Positions 42,238-51,288 of a DNA stretch of 64,000 nt are shown here, piece by piece (position 1 is the stretch's first letter; each line of letters begins with the position of its first letter). The notes under the pieces were generated by a model. That model searched no databases and was not told the DNA's origin. It was given only the letters and a program-made list of their open reading frames with translations. Position numbers and translations under genes: made by a program. The stretch is from Gloeobacterales cyanobacterium (GTDB taxonomy: Bacteria > Cyanobacteriota > Cyanobacteriia > Gloeobacterales > PMM-0068): contig JBBRSB010000021.1 in the NCBI GenBank assembly GCA_038245785.1, positions 21,322 through 85,321 of the forward strand, given 5' to 3'.

Positions 42238-42846
42238 TTAGTCAATGACCAGATCGGATGGCTGACCCCAGCCTCCAGTAAAAACAAACTCAGTCAGTGG
42301 CTTGCGGGTTCTGGGTGCAAGTTCCCGATCTTTCAATGCTGCTGGTAAGGTCTGTGGATCGCCCAGATACCCGATTGCCATCATGGCTACAGGTTCGTAG
42401 CCGCTGGGAATGCTGAACTGCGATCGCGCTGTTTCAGCGCTAAACCCTCCCATCTGATGAACGAATAGATCCAGCGCGATCGCTTGCGTTGAAAGATTGC
42501 TGATGGCTGCACCCACATCATAAAAGGCATGATGGTTTTCTTTGCCGTTGGACTCAAAGTGTATCTTGGCAACAGACAGCATCAGCACAGGGGCATTCTG
42601 CGCCCAGGCTTGATTAGATTCGACGAGACAACTGAGTAGACGAGCATACTCAGAGGGCTGGTCTTTCGTTGCCACAATCAAGCTCCACGGCTGCTCGTTG
42701 GCGGAAGATGCTGCCCAACGAGCGGCTTCCAGCAGGCTCAACAGTTTATCTCGTTCTACAGTGCGGTTGGAAAAAGCACGAGGACTCCAACGCCCACGAA
42801 TTAAGTCGTGAACTGTGTACGGAGCCTCAACCAAGTTTTCGAGCAT
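42238..42846 (-). CDS. Nitroreductase family protein
   Basis: RWSPRAF, NEQPW; paralog of 4562-5170. Confidence 0.9.
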   Translation of the reverse strand: MLENLVEAPYTVHDLIRGRWSPRAFSNRTVERDKLLSLLEAARWAASSANEQPWSLIVATKDQPSEYARLLSCLVESNQAWAQNAPVLMLSVAKIHFESNGKENHHAFYDVGAAISNLSTQAIALDLFVHQMGGFSAETARSQFSIPSGYEPVAMMAIGYLGDPQTLPAALKDRELAPRTRKPLTEFVFTGGWGQPSDLVID

Positions 42847-42980
42847 GGGACTACCTCATTTTTAGACAAAATCATTCAACAAATGACTGAATCGATACCC
42901 TCACGCTGGGCTAAATTCTGCTGCGTCGTCTGAGCGATCGCTCACTCAGGAATCATCGTGATTAATTTTGCGTGTGCCGT

Positions 42981-43097
42981 CTTAGAACCTATTTAAGAAT
43001 TCACAAGGGTGAGATTTCTAAGCATTATGTGGAGAAGCTAAGTCCATAAAGGACTCAGACATCATCAGCATCAATGCTTTACTAAATAAGTTCTAAG
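42981..43097. mobile_element. MITE-like element
   Basis: Terminal inverted repeat CTTAGAACcTATTTA / TAAATAaGTTCTAAG (14/15), non-coding interior. Confidence 0.6.
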
Positions 43098-43157
43098 ACC
43101 CTCGATCTCCAAAAGGAGAGCGGATTTGACACAACCATCACGGAGCACTGACTTTTA

Positions 43158-43874
43158 TTACACAGGGACAGGGACAGCGGCAGCCGCTTCAATCATTTTG
43201 ACGACTTCACTGGGATGAGAAATAAAAGGCACATGGCTCGCTTTAATCTCGGTCGTTTTGGCACCCATGCGTTCTGCCATAAAACGCTGTAGCTCAGGAG
43301 GAATCGCCTGGTCTTCCTGAGACACAAGATACCAGGAGGGAATTGTCTTCCAAGCAACGTGATCCACTGCTTGTTCAAAAGCCACACTCGCGATCGGCTT
43401 TTGCGTCGCTGCCATGATGAGTGCCTCGGCGATCGACGCATCTTGGGCGAAGACCGCACGAAACTCTTGACGATTGATGTAGAGAAAGCCTGCCGCATCA
43501 GGCACCAACGCCTTGATGAGTGGAGATGCGGCATATTTAGCACCCAATGCGCTAAGCGTTTCGCCTGCATCCGGTGCAAAGGCAGCAATATAAACCAGTG
43601 CCTGCACGTTGGGGTTGCCCGCCGCCGCACCTGTAATCACGATACCCCCATAGGAGTGTCCGACGACAATGACGGCACCCTTTTGGGCATCAATCACCCG
43701 CTTGGTTGTCGCAACATCGTCTGGAAGAGAGGTGAGCGTGTTTTGCACCGCCGTCACAGTATAACCATCACGTTCTAAAAGCGGAATGACGTGTTGCCAT
43801 GAAGTTGCATCTGCCCAGGCACCGTGTACCAGCACGATCGAGGGTTTGGCGATTGTCGTTTGAGCTAAAGGCAT
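43158..43874 (-). CDS. Alpha/beta hydrolase
   Basis: VHGAWAD, GHSYGG, ASHVP. Confidence 0.9.
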   Translation of the reverse strand: MPLAQTTIAKPSIVLVHGAWADATSWQHVIPLLERDGYTVTAVQNTLTSLPDDVATTKRVIDAQKGAVIVVGHSYGGIVITGAAAGNPNVQALVYIAAFAPDAGETLSALGAKYAASPLIKALVPDAAGFLYINRQEFRAVFAQDASIAEALIMAATQKPIASVAFEQAVDHVAWKTIPSWYLVSQEDQAIPPELQRFMAERMGAKTTEIKASHVPFISHPSEVVKMIEAAAAVPVPV

Positions 43875-43948
43875 GGTTTTGATATCCTATGTGTGATTTG
43901 TTGAGTTAGAGGTCAGATGAGGAACTGCAACCTCGTGACTCAGTTGTT

Positions 43949-43999
43949 CACATTCTTCAACGTTTAGCTGATTTAGAACACTCAAGTTCCCTGAGTTAA
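43949..43999 (-). promoter_or_regulatory. Conserved 51-bp upstream element, copy 3
   Basis: TTAACTCAGGGAACTTGAGTGTTCTAAA-N11-TTGAAGAATGTG on the minus strand. Confidence 0.78.
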
Positions 44000-44076
44000 G
44001 CGTTGATTTATCTTTCTATTCCTAAAGGAACATGGATGCTTTAGAGTTTCACGGCTTCAATTTTATTGCATAAGCT

Positions 44077-44631
44077 TTAATTTTTTAATGATTTGATATC
44101 GTTGGCGACTTGGGTTAAATCATTATTAAGCTGGTGACCTCCAAGAGTCATTTCACGAAAAATTGCCCAGGGAATATTTTTCTTATGTAACATGAAGTGA
44201 TTAAATGGAACTACATCATCATCCTTGCATTGATAGAAAAAAATTGGGATGCCTTTCGGCAGTTTATCAGAAAAATTTTCTTGCAGTTTTAGAGGCTGCA
44301 CCCAATCTTGGTTACCGCTCCAAAATGGAGGTGCAACAAGAAAAACTCCTGTAATATTTTTTGCAGTCTTCTTTTCAGAAAGATATTTTAACAACATGGA
44401 AGCTCCAAGAGAATGACCTACTAAAATAACTGCACCTTTAACAGAAGAAATCTCTTCGCCTATTTGCTTTGGCCATCCCGCTCCAAAAAATGGTACTTCA
44501 TCGGTAAGCATCTCAGGATAATGTACTTTGTAAGCAGTTCCCAAAGCTTTTCGTAAAGAAACAACTAATTTTAAATCTCCTTCATAACCAACATTACCAG
44601 CGCCTTGAATAAATAATATGTGTTTATTCAT
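44077..44631 (-). CDS. RBBP9/YdeN-like alpha/beta hydrolase
   Basis: GHSLGAS, DDVVP, GGHQL; markedly AT-rich. Confidence 0.82.
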   Translation of the reverse strand: MNKHILFIQGAGNVGYEGDLKLVVSLRKALGTAYKVHYPEMLTDEVPFFGAGWPKQIGEEISSVKGAVILVGHSLGASMLLKYLSEKKTAKNITGVFLVAPPFWSGNQDWVQPLKLQENFSDKLPKGIPIFFYQCKDDDVVPFNHFMLHKKNIPWAIFREMTLGGHQLNNDLTQVANDIKSLKN

Positions 44632-44715
44632 TTTTGCTACTATTTACTCCTGTCGATCGCGAAGCGGTGCGTTCGTATTGCCTGTAACGATCGTTGTCAT
44701 GATGGAAGCATCACG

Positions 44716-44975
44716 TTACAACAACCATTGGGTCAGCGGATGAACCAGGTAGCGGATCGAGAACGCCTCCCAGATCGCGCCGACAATGAATAGTGGGAGC
44801 GCGGTCAGGCTCAACCAACCGAGATGTTTTAGCCCACGGACGTAACCCTGACGACGGTTCCGAGTACCGATGGTTGCGGGGCGGAGCCAAGACCGACCGA
44901 GGATGTATGCACCGAACATCAGGAGGGCGTATGCCTGGAATTCGATCAGTGCCGTCAGCGAATGCGGGATCATGA
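44716..44975 (-). pseudogene. Duplicated 3' end of the SpoIIM-like gene
   Basis: Near-identical to 46063-46320 (IPHSLTALIEFQAY..HPLTQWLL). Confidence 0.85.
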
Positions 44976-45123
44976 GCGTGTTACTCATCATCAGTTCTTT
45001 GTCAGAGACTTGTGGCATCTTTTCCTGTGGCATGTGTGTTTCTCCTTCGACTCTGTTCGATGGGAAGTTTATGGATGGACTTTTACACGCGATCGGGTAG
45101 TGCTTTTTAACTAGGAAGCGATC

Positions 45124-45873
45124 TTAGATTTGTGCCATGCCGCCATCCACAAACAGCTCGATGCCGTTGACAAAGCTGCTGTCATCGGAAGCGAGAAAGA
45201 CAACAGCTTTGGCGATCTCGTCGGGCGTGCCGACTCTTCCCAGCGGGATACTGATGGCTTCGCTATCTATGAATGTCTGTAACTCCTCATCACTCAGTCC
45301 AAAGCGATCGTAACCAGGAGTCGGAACCGTGCCAGGACTAATAGCATTCACCCGGATTTTGCGTTCTTTAAGGTCGAGTGTCCAGTTACGGGCAAACGAT
45401 CGCACGGCGGCTTTGGTAGCGCTATACACGCTGAAGGCTGGGGTACCTCTGATGGAAGCAGTTGAGGCATTCAGGATAATGGAAGCGCCCTCTGGCATCA
45501 GTGGCAGCGCCTTCTGCACAGTGAAAAGTAGACCCTTGACATTGGTGTTGAATGTTTTGTCAAAGTGTTCTTCGGTGATCGATCCGAGCGGGATAAGTTC
45601 GCCACTGCCAGCATTAGCAAAGATCACATCCAAGTGACCTTGCTCTTGCTCGATCGTGGCGTAAAGACGATCGAGGTCTGCCAGATTTGAGACATCGCTC
45701 TGAACACCTATGACGTTTTTACCAATCTCTTCCACAGCGGCATCCAATTCAGTTTGGCGACGACCCGTGATGAAGACATGGGCACCTTCAGCAACAAAGC
45801 GTTTGGCAGTAGCAAGACCGATGCCGCTGGAGCCGCCAGTGACAAGCGCAACTTTTCCTTCTAGTTTGTTCAT
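45124..45873 (-). CDS. SDR oxidoreductase
   Basis: [17 protein letters not shown]; close paralog of 61803-62552. Confidence 0.9.
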   Translation of the reverse strand: MNKLEGKVALVTGGSSGIGLATAKRFVAEGAHVFITGRRQTELDAAVEEIGKNVIGVQSDVSNLADLDRLYATIEQEQGHLDVIFANAGSGELIPLGSITEEHFDKTFNTNVKGLLFTVQKALPLMPEGASIILNASTASIRGTPAFSVYSATKAAVRSFARNWTLDLKERKIRVNAISPGTVPTPGYDRFGLSDEELQTFIDSEAISIPLGRVGTPDEIAKAVVFLASDDSSFVNGIELFVDGGMAQI

Positions 45874-46062
45874 GATGATGAATCCTGTGTAGTTGAGTTT
45901 TAGTGAAATTAGGAAAGCGATCGATGAGTGTGACAGACTTTCAACCGAAGATAAGGCGCAGATTATCCGCGTCAAGGAATTTGAGAATCGATGCGGCGTT
46001 ATCCACTCCTTGCCATTACGAGTGCCTCGGCTGTCGATACATCCGGGGCAAAGACCGAAGCA

Positions 46063-46743
46063 CTACAACAACCATTGGGTCAGCGGATGAATCAGGTAGC
46101 GGAGCGAGAACGCCTCCCAGATCGCGCCGACGATGAACAGTGGGAGCGAGGCCAGGCTTAGCCAACCGAGCTGTTGTAGCCCACGCACGTAACCCTGACG
46201 ATGGTTCCGAGCACTGATAGTTGCGGGGCGGAGCCAAGACCGACCGAGGATGTATGCACCGAACATCAGGAGGGCGTATGCCTGGAATTCGATCAGTGCC
46301 GTCAGCGAATGCGGGATCAGTCCCACCGCCGCGATCGCGGTAGTCGGAGCCAAGACTAAACCTAAAGTGAACGCCTTATACGCGAATAGGGCGATGCCAG
46401 CGAAGGGAACGATCAGCGAAGGGAGTACGATCCACAGCGCACCGGTCGAGACGTTGACTCCCAGGATGGTCAGTGAGAACAGCCAAGGGTTATAGATTAG
46501 CGATCGGACAAGATCCCCCGTTCCGTTGTCTTCCAGGATTGCCACCTGAGTTGCGCCTAGGTTAGGGAAGACCATCGCCATTACAAACCCGGCGATGACC
46601 AAGCCATACACAATGGCGTTGATGATGACGTAGGCGCGAAAATTGGCACGAATGATCTGGAAGGATTTGCGAAGAAATCGCAAGTGTTTTACTCCATCAT
46701 TTGGGTGAATAAGGCGCTTTGTGGCGATCGTTTTGCGTGACAT
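46063..46743 (-). CDS. Stage II sporulation protein M-like membrane protein
   Basis: Multi-TM, LIPH..IE and GAIWE motifs. Confidence 0.7.
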   Translation of the reverse strand: MSRKTIATKRLIHPNDGVKHLRFLRKSFQIIRANFRAYVIINAIVYGLVIAGFVMAMVFPNLGATQVAILEDNGTGDLVRSLIYNPWLFSLTILGVNVSTGALWIVLPSLIVPFAGIALFAYKAFTLGLVLAPTTAIAAVGLIPHSLTALIEFQAYALLMFGAYILGRSWLRPATISARNHRQGYVRGLQQLGWLSLASLPLFIVGAIWEAFSLRYLIHPLTQWLL

Positions 46744-46827
46744 ATTTTTAGCTCCGATGTTTGGTGATGAATGCAGTGATGCTCAGGAGTGAGAACCGCT
46801 GCATCCGTGGGCATAAATCGTCTACGA

Positions 46828-48993
46828 TTATTTCGCTGGCTTTACATCCAACCCCGTCCAGTGAGCGGCAAAGGCCCACATATCCGCCGTTTCCTCGATG
46901 ATCTTGTCGGTGGGTTTGCCCGCTCCATGTCCCGCGCGGGTCTCGATGCGGACGAGGTGCGGCTTGGGGCCGATATCAGCTGCCTGAAGCGCAGCGACAT
47001 ATTTGAAGCTGTGTCCCGGCACCACGCGGTCGTCCATGTCGGCGGTGGTGGCGAGGATTGCGGGATAGGCCTTGCCAGACTTGATGTTGTGATACGGCGA
47101 GTACTTCAAGAGGTTACGGAAATCCGCTTCCCGTGCCGGATCGCCATATTCGTCTAGCAACAATTTCCCGCCTGTAAACTGATCGAAGCGGAGCATGTCC
47201 ATGACACCGACCTGGGGCAGCGCGGCGGCGAACAAATCCGGTCGCTGATTGACCACCGCACCGATCAGGAGACCGCCATTCGATGCGCCCTGAATGGCCA
47301 AGCCGCCTTGTGAAGTGATGCCCTGTGCCTTCAGATACTCACCCGCAGCAATGAAGTCGTCGAAGACGTTCTGCTTGTTCTGCCGACGGCCCGCTTCGTG
47401 CCATGCCCTGCCGTATTCGCCACCGCCGCGAACATGTGCGACCGCGAATACTCCGCCTTGTTCGACCCATGCCATCAGGAAGGACGAGAAGGCGGGAGGG
47501 TCAAACAGTCCGAAGCCTCCATACGCATAGAGCTGCGTCGGTGCTGGGCCAGTCACATCCTTGCGCCGGACGATAAACATCGGGACGCGGGTGCCATCCT
47601 TGGACTTGTAAAAACGCTGTTCGACCGCGATCCGCTTGAGATCGATCGCCACCTTTGGCTGACTCCAGACGCGCGACGTGTTGCTCGCGACATCGTATCG
47701 GTAAATCGTGAACGGGGCATTGTAACTGGTAAAGGCGAAGAAGGTTTCCTGATCGTCTTGGCTGCCCTCGAAGCCGATCGCAGTGCCGATACCGGGCAGT
47801 TTCACCACGCCGTCAGCCTTGCCGCCGAGGGTGTAACGCCTGACCTCCGTCTTCACGTCAACCAGATACGAGAGCAGCAACCGCTCGCCGACCAGTGTTG
47901 CGCCGTTCAGCACCGAGTCCTGCTCTGGCACCACATCCGTGATCACCGGATTGGCGGCGGCGAGATCCATTGTCACCATTTTGAAGCGGGGCGCGTCCTT
48001 GGTGGTCATGAGGAAGAACTTCGTCCCCACATTGCCAGCGACAAACCATCGAGCGTCGAGGTTATCAACCAGCTTGCGTGGTTTCCAGCTTGCGCTCTTA
48101 AGATCTACGACCGTCAGGTTATAACCAGGTGTGCCTGGGCTGGAAAGGATCGCGACGTAACGCCCGTCTTTGGTGATGCTAAAGAAGGGATGGATCATGG
48201 TCGGCTGTTTGGGAGTCGCGTAAACCAGCCGATCCTTGGCTTGGGGTGTGCCGAGCGCGTGAAAATAGATGGCGTGATTTTTCAGACCCGCCTGGGACAC
48301 TGCACCCTGCTTCGGTTGGGGGAAACGAGCGTAGAAAAAGCCAGACCCATCCTTGGCCCACTCGATGGTGGTGAACCTCGCCCATTTGACCTGATCGCTC
48401 AACACCTTGCCCGTGTTCACGTCCAGTACCCGAATCGTGCGCCAGTCCGTGCCGCCGTCTTGCACCGCATAAGCCAGACGCTTGCCGTCGTTGGAAGCCG
48501 ACCATTCGGCCAGCGCGGTCGCCCCGTCCTTGGCCCAGGTGTTGGGATCGATCAGCACGCGCCCTGCGCCATCCAGGCTGTCGCGGACGTAGAGCACCCG
48601 CTGGTTCTGAACACCGGAGTTGCGCAAATAGAAATATCGACCGCCCTTTTTGACCGGAACGGTGAACGTCTCATAGTTGTTCAACTGCTTCAACCGAGCC
48701 TTGAAGATGTCTCGACCTGGTAGCGTACCCAGGTAAGCATCGGTGACTTTGTTCTGCGCTTCGACCCAAGCAGCGACGTTTTTATCGCTGCGGACATCGT
48801 TTTCCAGCCAGCGATAGGGGTCGGCGATCGTCTGCCCGAGATGCTTCTCGACGACATCGCCCCGCTTGGTTTCAGGATAGGCGATCGTAGGCATCGTCGC
48901 TGCGGACTGCGAGCAGGCGGAAGCGAAATAGGTGGCAAAGAGCAGCGGGAGAGCGAGAAAGGCTGCGCGGCGCATCGGTATCTTTTGAATCAT
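46828..48993 (-). CDS. Prolyl oligopeptidase (S9A) with lipoprotein-like signal
   Basis: DPYRWLE, GGGEYG, GASNGG, DDRV, AGHG; GC-rich. Confidence 0.93.
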   Translation of the reverse strand: MIQKIPMRRAAFLALPLLFATYFASACSQSAATMPTIAYPETKRGDVVEKHLGQTIADPYRWLENDVRSDKNVAAWVEAQNKVTDAYLGTLPGRDIFKARLKQLNNYETFTVPVKKGGRYFYLRNSGVQNQRVLYVRDSLDGAGRVLIDPNTWAKDGATALAEWSASNDGKRLAYAVQDGGTDWRTIRVLDVNTGKVLSDQVKWARFTTIEWAKDGSGFFYARFPQPKQGAVSQAGLKNHAIYFHALGTPQAKDRLVYATPKQPTMIHPFFSITKDGRYVAILSSPGTPGYNLTVVDLKSASWKPRKLVDNLDARWFVAGNVGTKFFLMTTKDAPRFKMVTMDLAAANPVITDVVPEQDSVLNGATLVGERLLLSYLVDVKTEVRRYTLGGKADGVVKLPGIGTAIGFEGSQDDQETFFAFTSYNAPFTIYRYDVASNTSRVWSQPKVAIDLKRIAVEQRFYKSKDGTRVPMFIVRRKDVTGPAPTQLYAYGGFGLFDPPAFSSFLMAWVEQGGVFAVAHVRGGGEYGRAWHEAGRRQNKQNVFDDFIAAGEYLKAQGITSQGGLAIQGASNGGLLIGAVVNQRPDLFAAALPQVGVMDMLRFDQFTGGKLLLDEYGDPAREADFRNLLKYSPYHNIKSGKAYPAILATTADMDDRVVPGHSFKYVAALQAADIGPKPHLVRIETRAGHGAGKPTDKIIEETADMWAFAAHWTGLDVKPAK

Positions 48994-49098
48994 TTTTGCC
49001 GCTCTCCAGTTTTTATTAGGAATCGATGGAACGACTGACGTAGAATTGCTCGCCGATAGTGGCAGATTGATGTTTCAATGGGACTGTAAATTAGTCTG

Positions 49099-49587
49099 TC
49101 AGGATGCCTTGAAGATGGTGTCTGCCGCGTCGAGGAAGGGCTTGAACAGGTCTTCTGGCCAGTTAGGATCGGTTTTGGAGGTGCGCTCTAGACACTTCCA
49201 AATGCCGTCGCGACGCTCAAAGATATCGTCGTAGGTACCAGTCGATACGGTTCCGATGTGCTCGGCTTTCCAAGATACAACCCATCGCCAGTGCGCTTCG
49301 GCTCGGTCAGCCGCGCCGGAAATCTCGAACGCGCCCATCGAGTGGAACCACTTGTCCATCGGGAAGACGCTGTGCGCGTAGTCAAACATCTGCTTCATGC
49401 CGTCAGGGCCCTCGAAGGTCGAAGTACGCAGATCGTTGACGTTGAATTTAGCCTCCGGCCAGTAAAGGCGATTGTAGAGGTCAACCTGCTCGCGCCCCCA
49501 ACCCTTGTCGATGCAACGCTGATGCATATTGAGCTGCTCGAAAATGGTAAAGCGATCGGTCACCGTGAGATCGTTGTTTTGAGACAT
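49099..49587 (-). CDS. SnoaL-like/NTF2 family protein
   Basis: GTYDDIFERRDGIWK; RBS AAGGAG. Confidence 0.8.
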   Translation of the reverse strand: MSQNNDLTVTDRFTIFEQLNMHQRCIDKGWGREQVDLYNRLYWPEAKFNVNDLRTSTFEGPDGMKQMFDYAHSVFPMDKWFHSMGAFEISGAADRAEAHWRWVVSWKAEHIGTVSTGTYDDIFERRDGIWKCLERTSKTDPNWPEDLFKPFLDAADTIFKAS

Positions 49588-49728
49588 TGAATTTCTCCTT
49601 TATGTTGAAGTTCTTGCAGGCAGTCACCGAGTTGATAGTGTTCTAGATTTGTGAGACTCCTGGAACGTCCAATAGACTTGTTCTGACATACCAAATAGTC
49701 TCCGAGATAGAATGCAGCAGGTTCAACC

Positions 49729-50736
49729 TCAGTGTTGCTGAGCAACCATTAGTCTTACTTCTTCATCCCCCCTAACGGTATCCGGCTCAACCAAATTCTC
49801 TTCGATCAAAGCGCGATTAATGAAAGTGGCAGCAAGCGTTCCACTCGTAACCGCTAAGGCAATCTGTGCATAAGGGCTAGACGCATCACCCACCGCATAG
49901 AGTCCAGAAATGGAGGTTTGCTTGCTCTCATCCACTTCTACGAGGTCATCGCTGTTTAATTTACAGCCTAACTTTGCGGCTAGAGGGCTATGCTGATACG
50001 ACTGAGGGTGTAGAAATATTCCGCGACGGGGCAGCACTTCATTGTTTGTAAAGACAATCCCGGTGAGGTTGCCATCTTGATGTTCTAGTCGGGCAATTTT
50101 TTCTTCGCGTAGCTGAACTCCCCAATTCAACAATTTCTGTTGTTGCTCATGACTCAACTCGGCAGAACCATCTGAACAAAGCACTAAATCGCGGCTCCAT
50201 CCGGTCAGTATCAATGTCATCATAAATCCCACCTCGCCTTTGCCATAAATTGCTAAAGGTTGATCTCGCACTTCCCAAGCGTGACAGTAAGGACATTGAA
50301 AAACGCTGCCGCCCCAAAGCTCAGCGAAGCCATCAATGGACGGAAGCGTATCTTTCATGCCCGTGGCTAATAGCAATTTCCGACCAATAAATTGCTTGCC
50401 ATCGCTCAGGGTTACTTGAAAGCGGTCGCGAAGCGTACCCGAAGGGTAGTCGCCCAATTTTTGAGCATCGACCACTTCACCCACCTGAATTTCGACACCA
50501 TCGTAAGGATGCAATTGCTCCCGTCCAATTTGCAGTAGTTGCGCGGGAGCAATTCCATCTCTGGAAAAGAAGCCATGAGTAGCATGAGCAACTTGATTGC
50601 GTGGCTTGCCAGCATCACAGACCAATACCCGTTTGCAGGCTCGCCCTAAAAGCAGTGCGGCACTCAAACCTGCTGGACCTCCACCGATAATAATCACATC
50701 AAAATCAAAATCATCAGTCCGTGAGTCAATGTTCAT
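49729..50736 (-). CDS. TrxB-like NAD(P)/FAD oxidoreductase with CPYC (8-aa micro-element insertion)
   Basis: GGGPAG, LATG, CPYCH, YAVGD. Confidence 0.88.
   Translation of the reverse strand: MNIDSRTDDFDFDVIIIGGGPAGLSAALLLGRACKRVLVCDAGKPRNQVAHATHGFFSRDGIAPAQLLQIGREQLHPYDGVEIQVGEVVDAQKLGDYPSGTLRDRFQVTLSDGKQFIGRKLLLATGMKDTLPSIDGFAELWGGSVFQCPYCHAWEVRDQPLAIYGKGEVGFMMTLILTGWSRDLVLCSDGSAELSHEQQQKLLNWGVQLREEKIARLEHQDGNLTGIVFTNNEVLPRRGIFLHPQSYQHSPLAAKLGCKLNSDDLVEVDESKQTSISGLYAVGDASSPYAQIALAVTSGTLAATFINRALIEENLVEPDTVRGDEEVRLMVAQQH
50425..50448 (+). repeat. SDR5-like micro-element (24 nt) in GCG^GTCGC
   Basis: GTCGCGAAGCG-TACCC-GAA-GGGTA; removal restores KLGDRFQV. Confidence 0.82.
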
Positions 50737-50889
50737 CACTTGTCCTAATTTTGCTGGCATTAAGTTAGCAGTAAGAGAAATGCGGAGAACGTCATATCGG
50801 AACTGCAAGCAGACGCAGCGGAGTGGTCTGGCTTAATGCTGAATCAGGGCTTGAGGCTCAAAACCTGCTCAAATTCTGTCCGAAGTATT

Positions 50890-51038
50890 GCTTGATAATG
50901 AGCTGAGGAGAAGCGTCCTCCGGTGTCGTCACCTGTGGCAAGGAAGGATTGTAGACTTCCCATATAGAACATACAGTCGAGCGTCGATCCGCGATGGTAT
51001 GCCACTGGCGATGTGATGTGAGTTAAGTTGGTGTCATA
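50890..51038 (-). pseudogene. Cupin-like protein 5' fragment
   Basis: YMGSLQSFLATGDDTGGRFS; the ATG after the RBS is out of frame. Confidence 0.5.
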
Positions 51039-51059
51039 ATTTTCCCTTTGTGTACTGCT

Positions 51060-51110
51060 TTTATTCTTCAACTTCCACTCCGTTTAGAACATTCAAGTTC
51101 ACTGAGTTAA
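51060..51110 (-). promoter_or_regulatory. Conserved 51-bp upstream element, copy 4, in the region divergent from the STAND gene
   Basis: TTAACTCAGTGAACTTGAATGTTCTAAA-N11-TTGAAGAATAAA on the minus strand. Confidence 0.8.
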
Positions 51111-51288
51111 GCAACGAGTTAGCTCTTCTATGTCTGAAGACGGATCTTTGAATGGAGGTATGGTGGAAAGCGAACCCGGTTCTTAAAATTCGCTACCCTT
51201 GGCTGTATAGAAAAGATTACTTAAGGCTTTACTTAGTACTCTTTTCTAGAAGGAATCGATTTACCCTATATCAACTGTTGCTCTGCCG

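Noticed and set aside
45935..45960. Peptide ALSSVES resembling the ALSSVEG translation of the CTCAGGG repeat
   Set aside because: The DNA does not match the repeat; likely coincidence.
47398..48723. Long antisense ORFs (also 12717-13568, 15050-15784, 36440-37216)
   Set aside because: Shadow frames of GC-rich genes on the opposite strand; no recognisable motifs.
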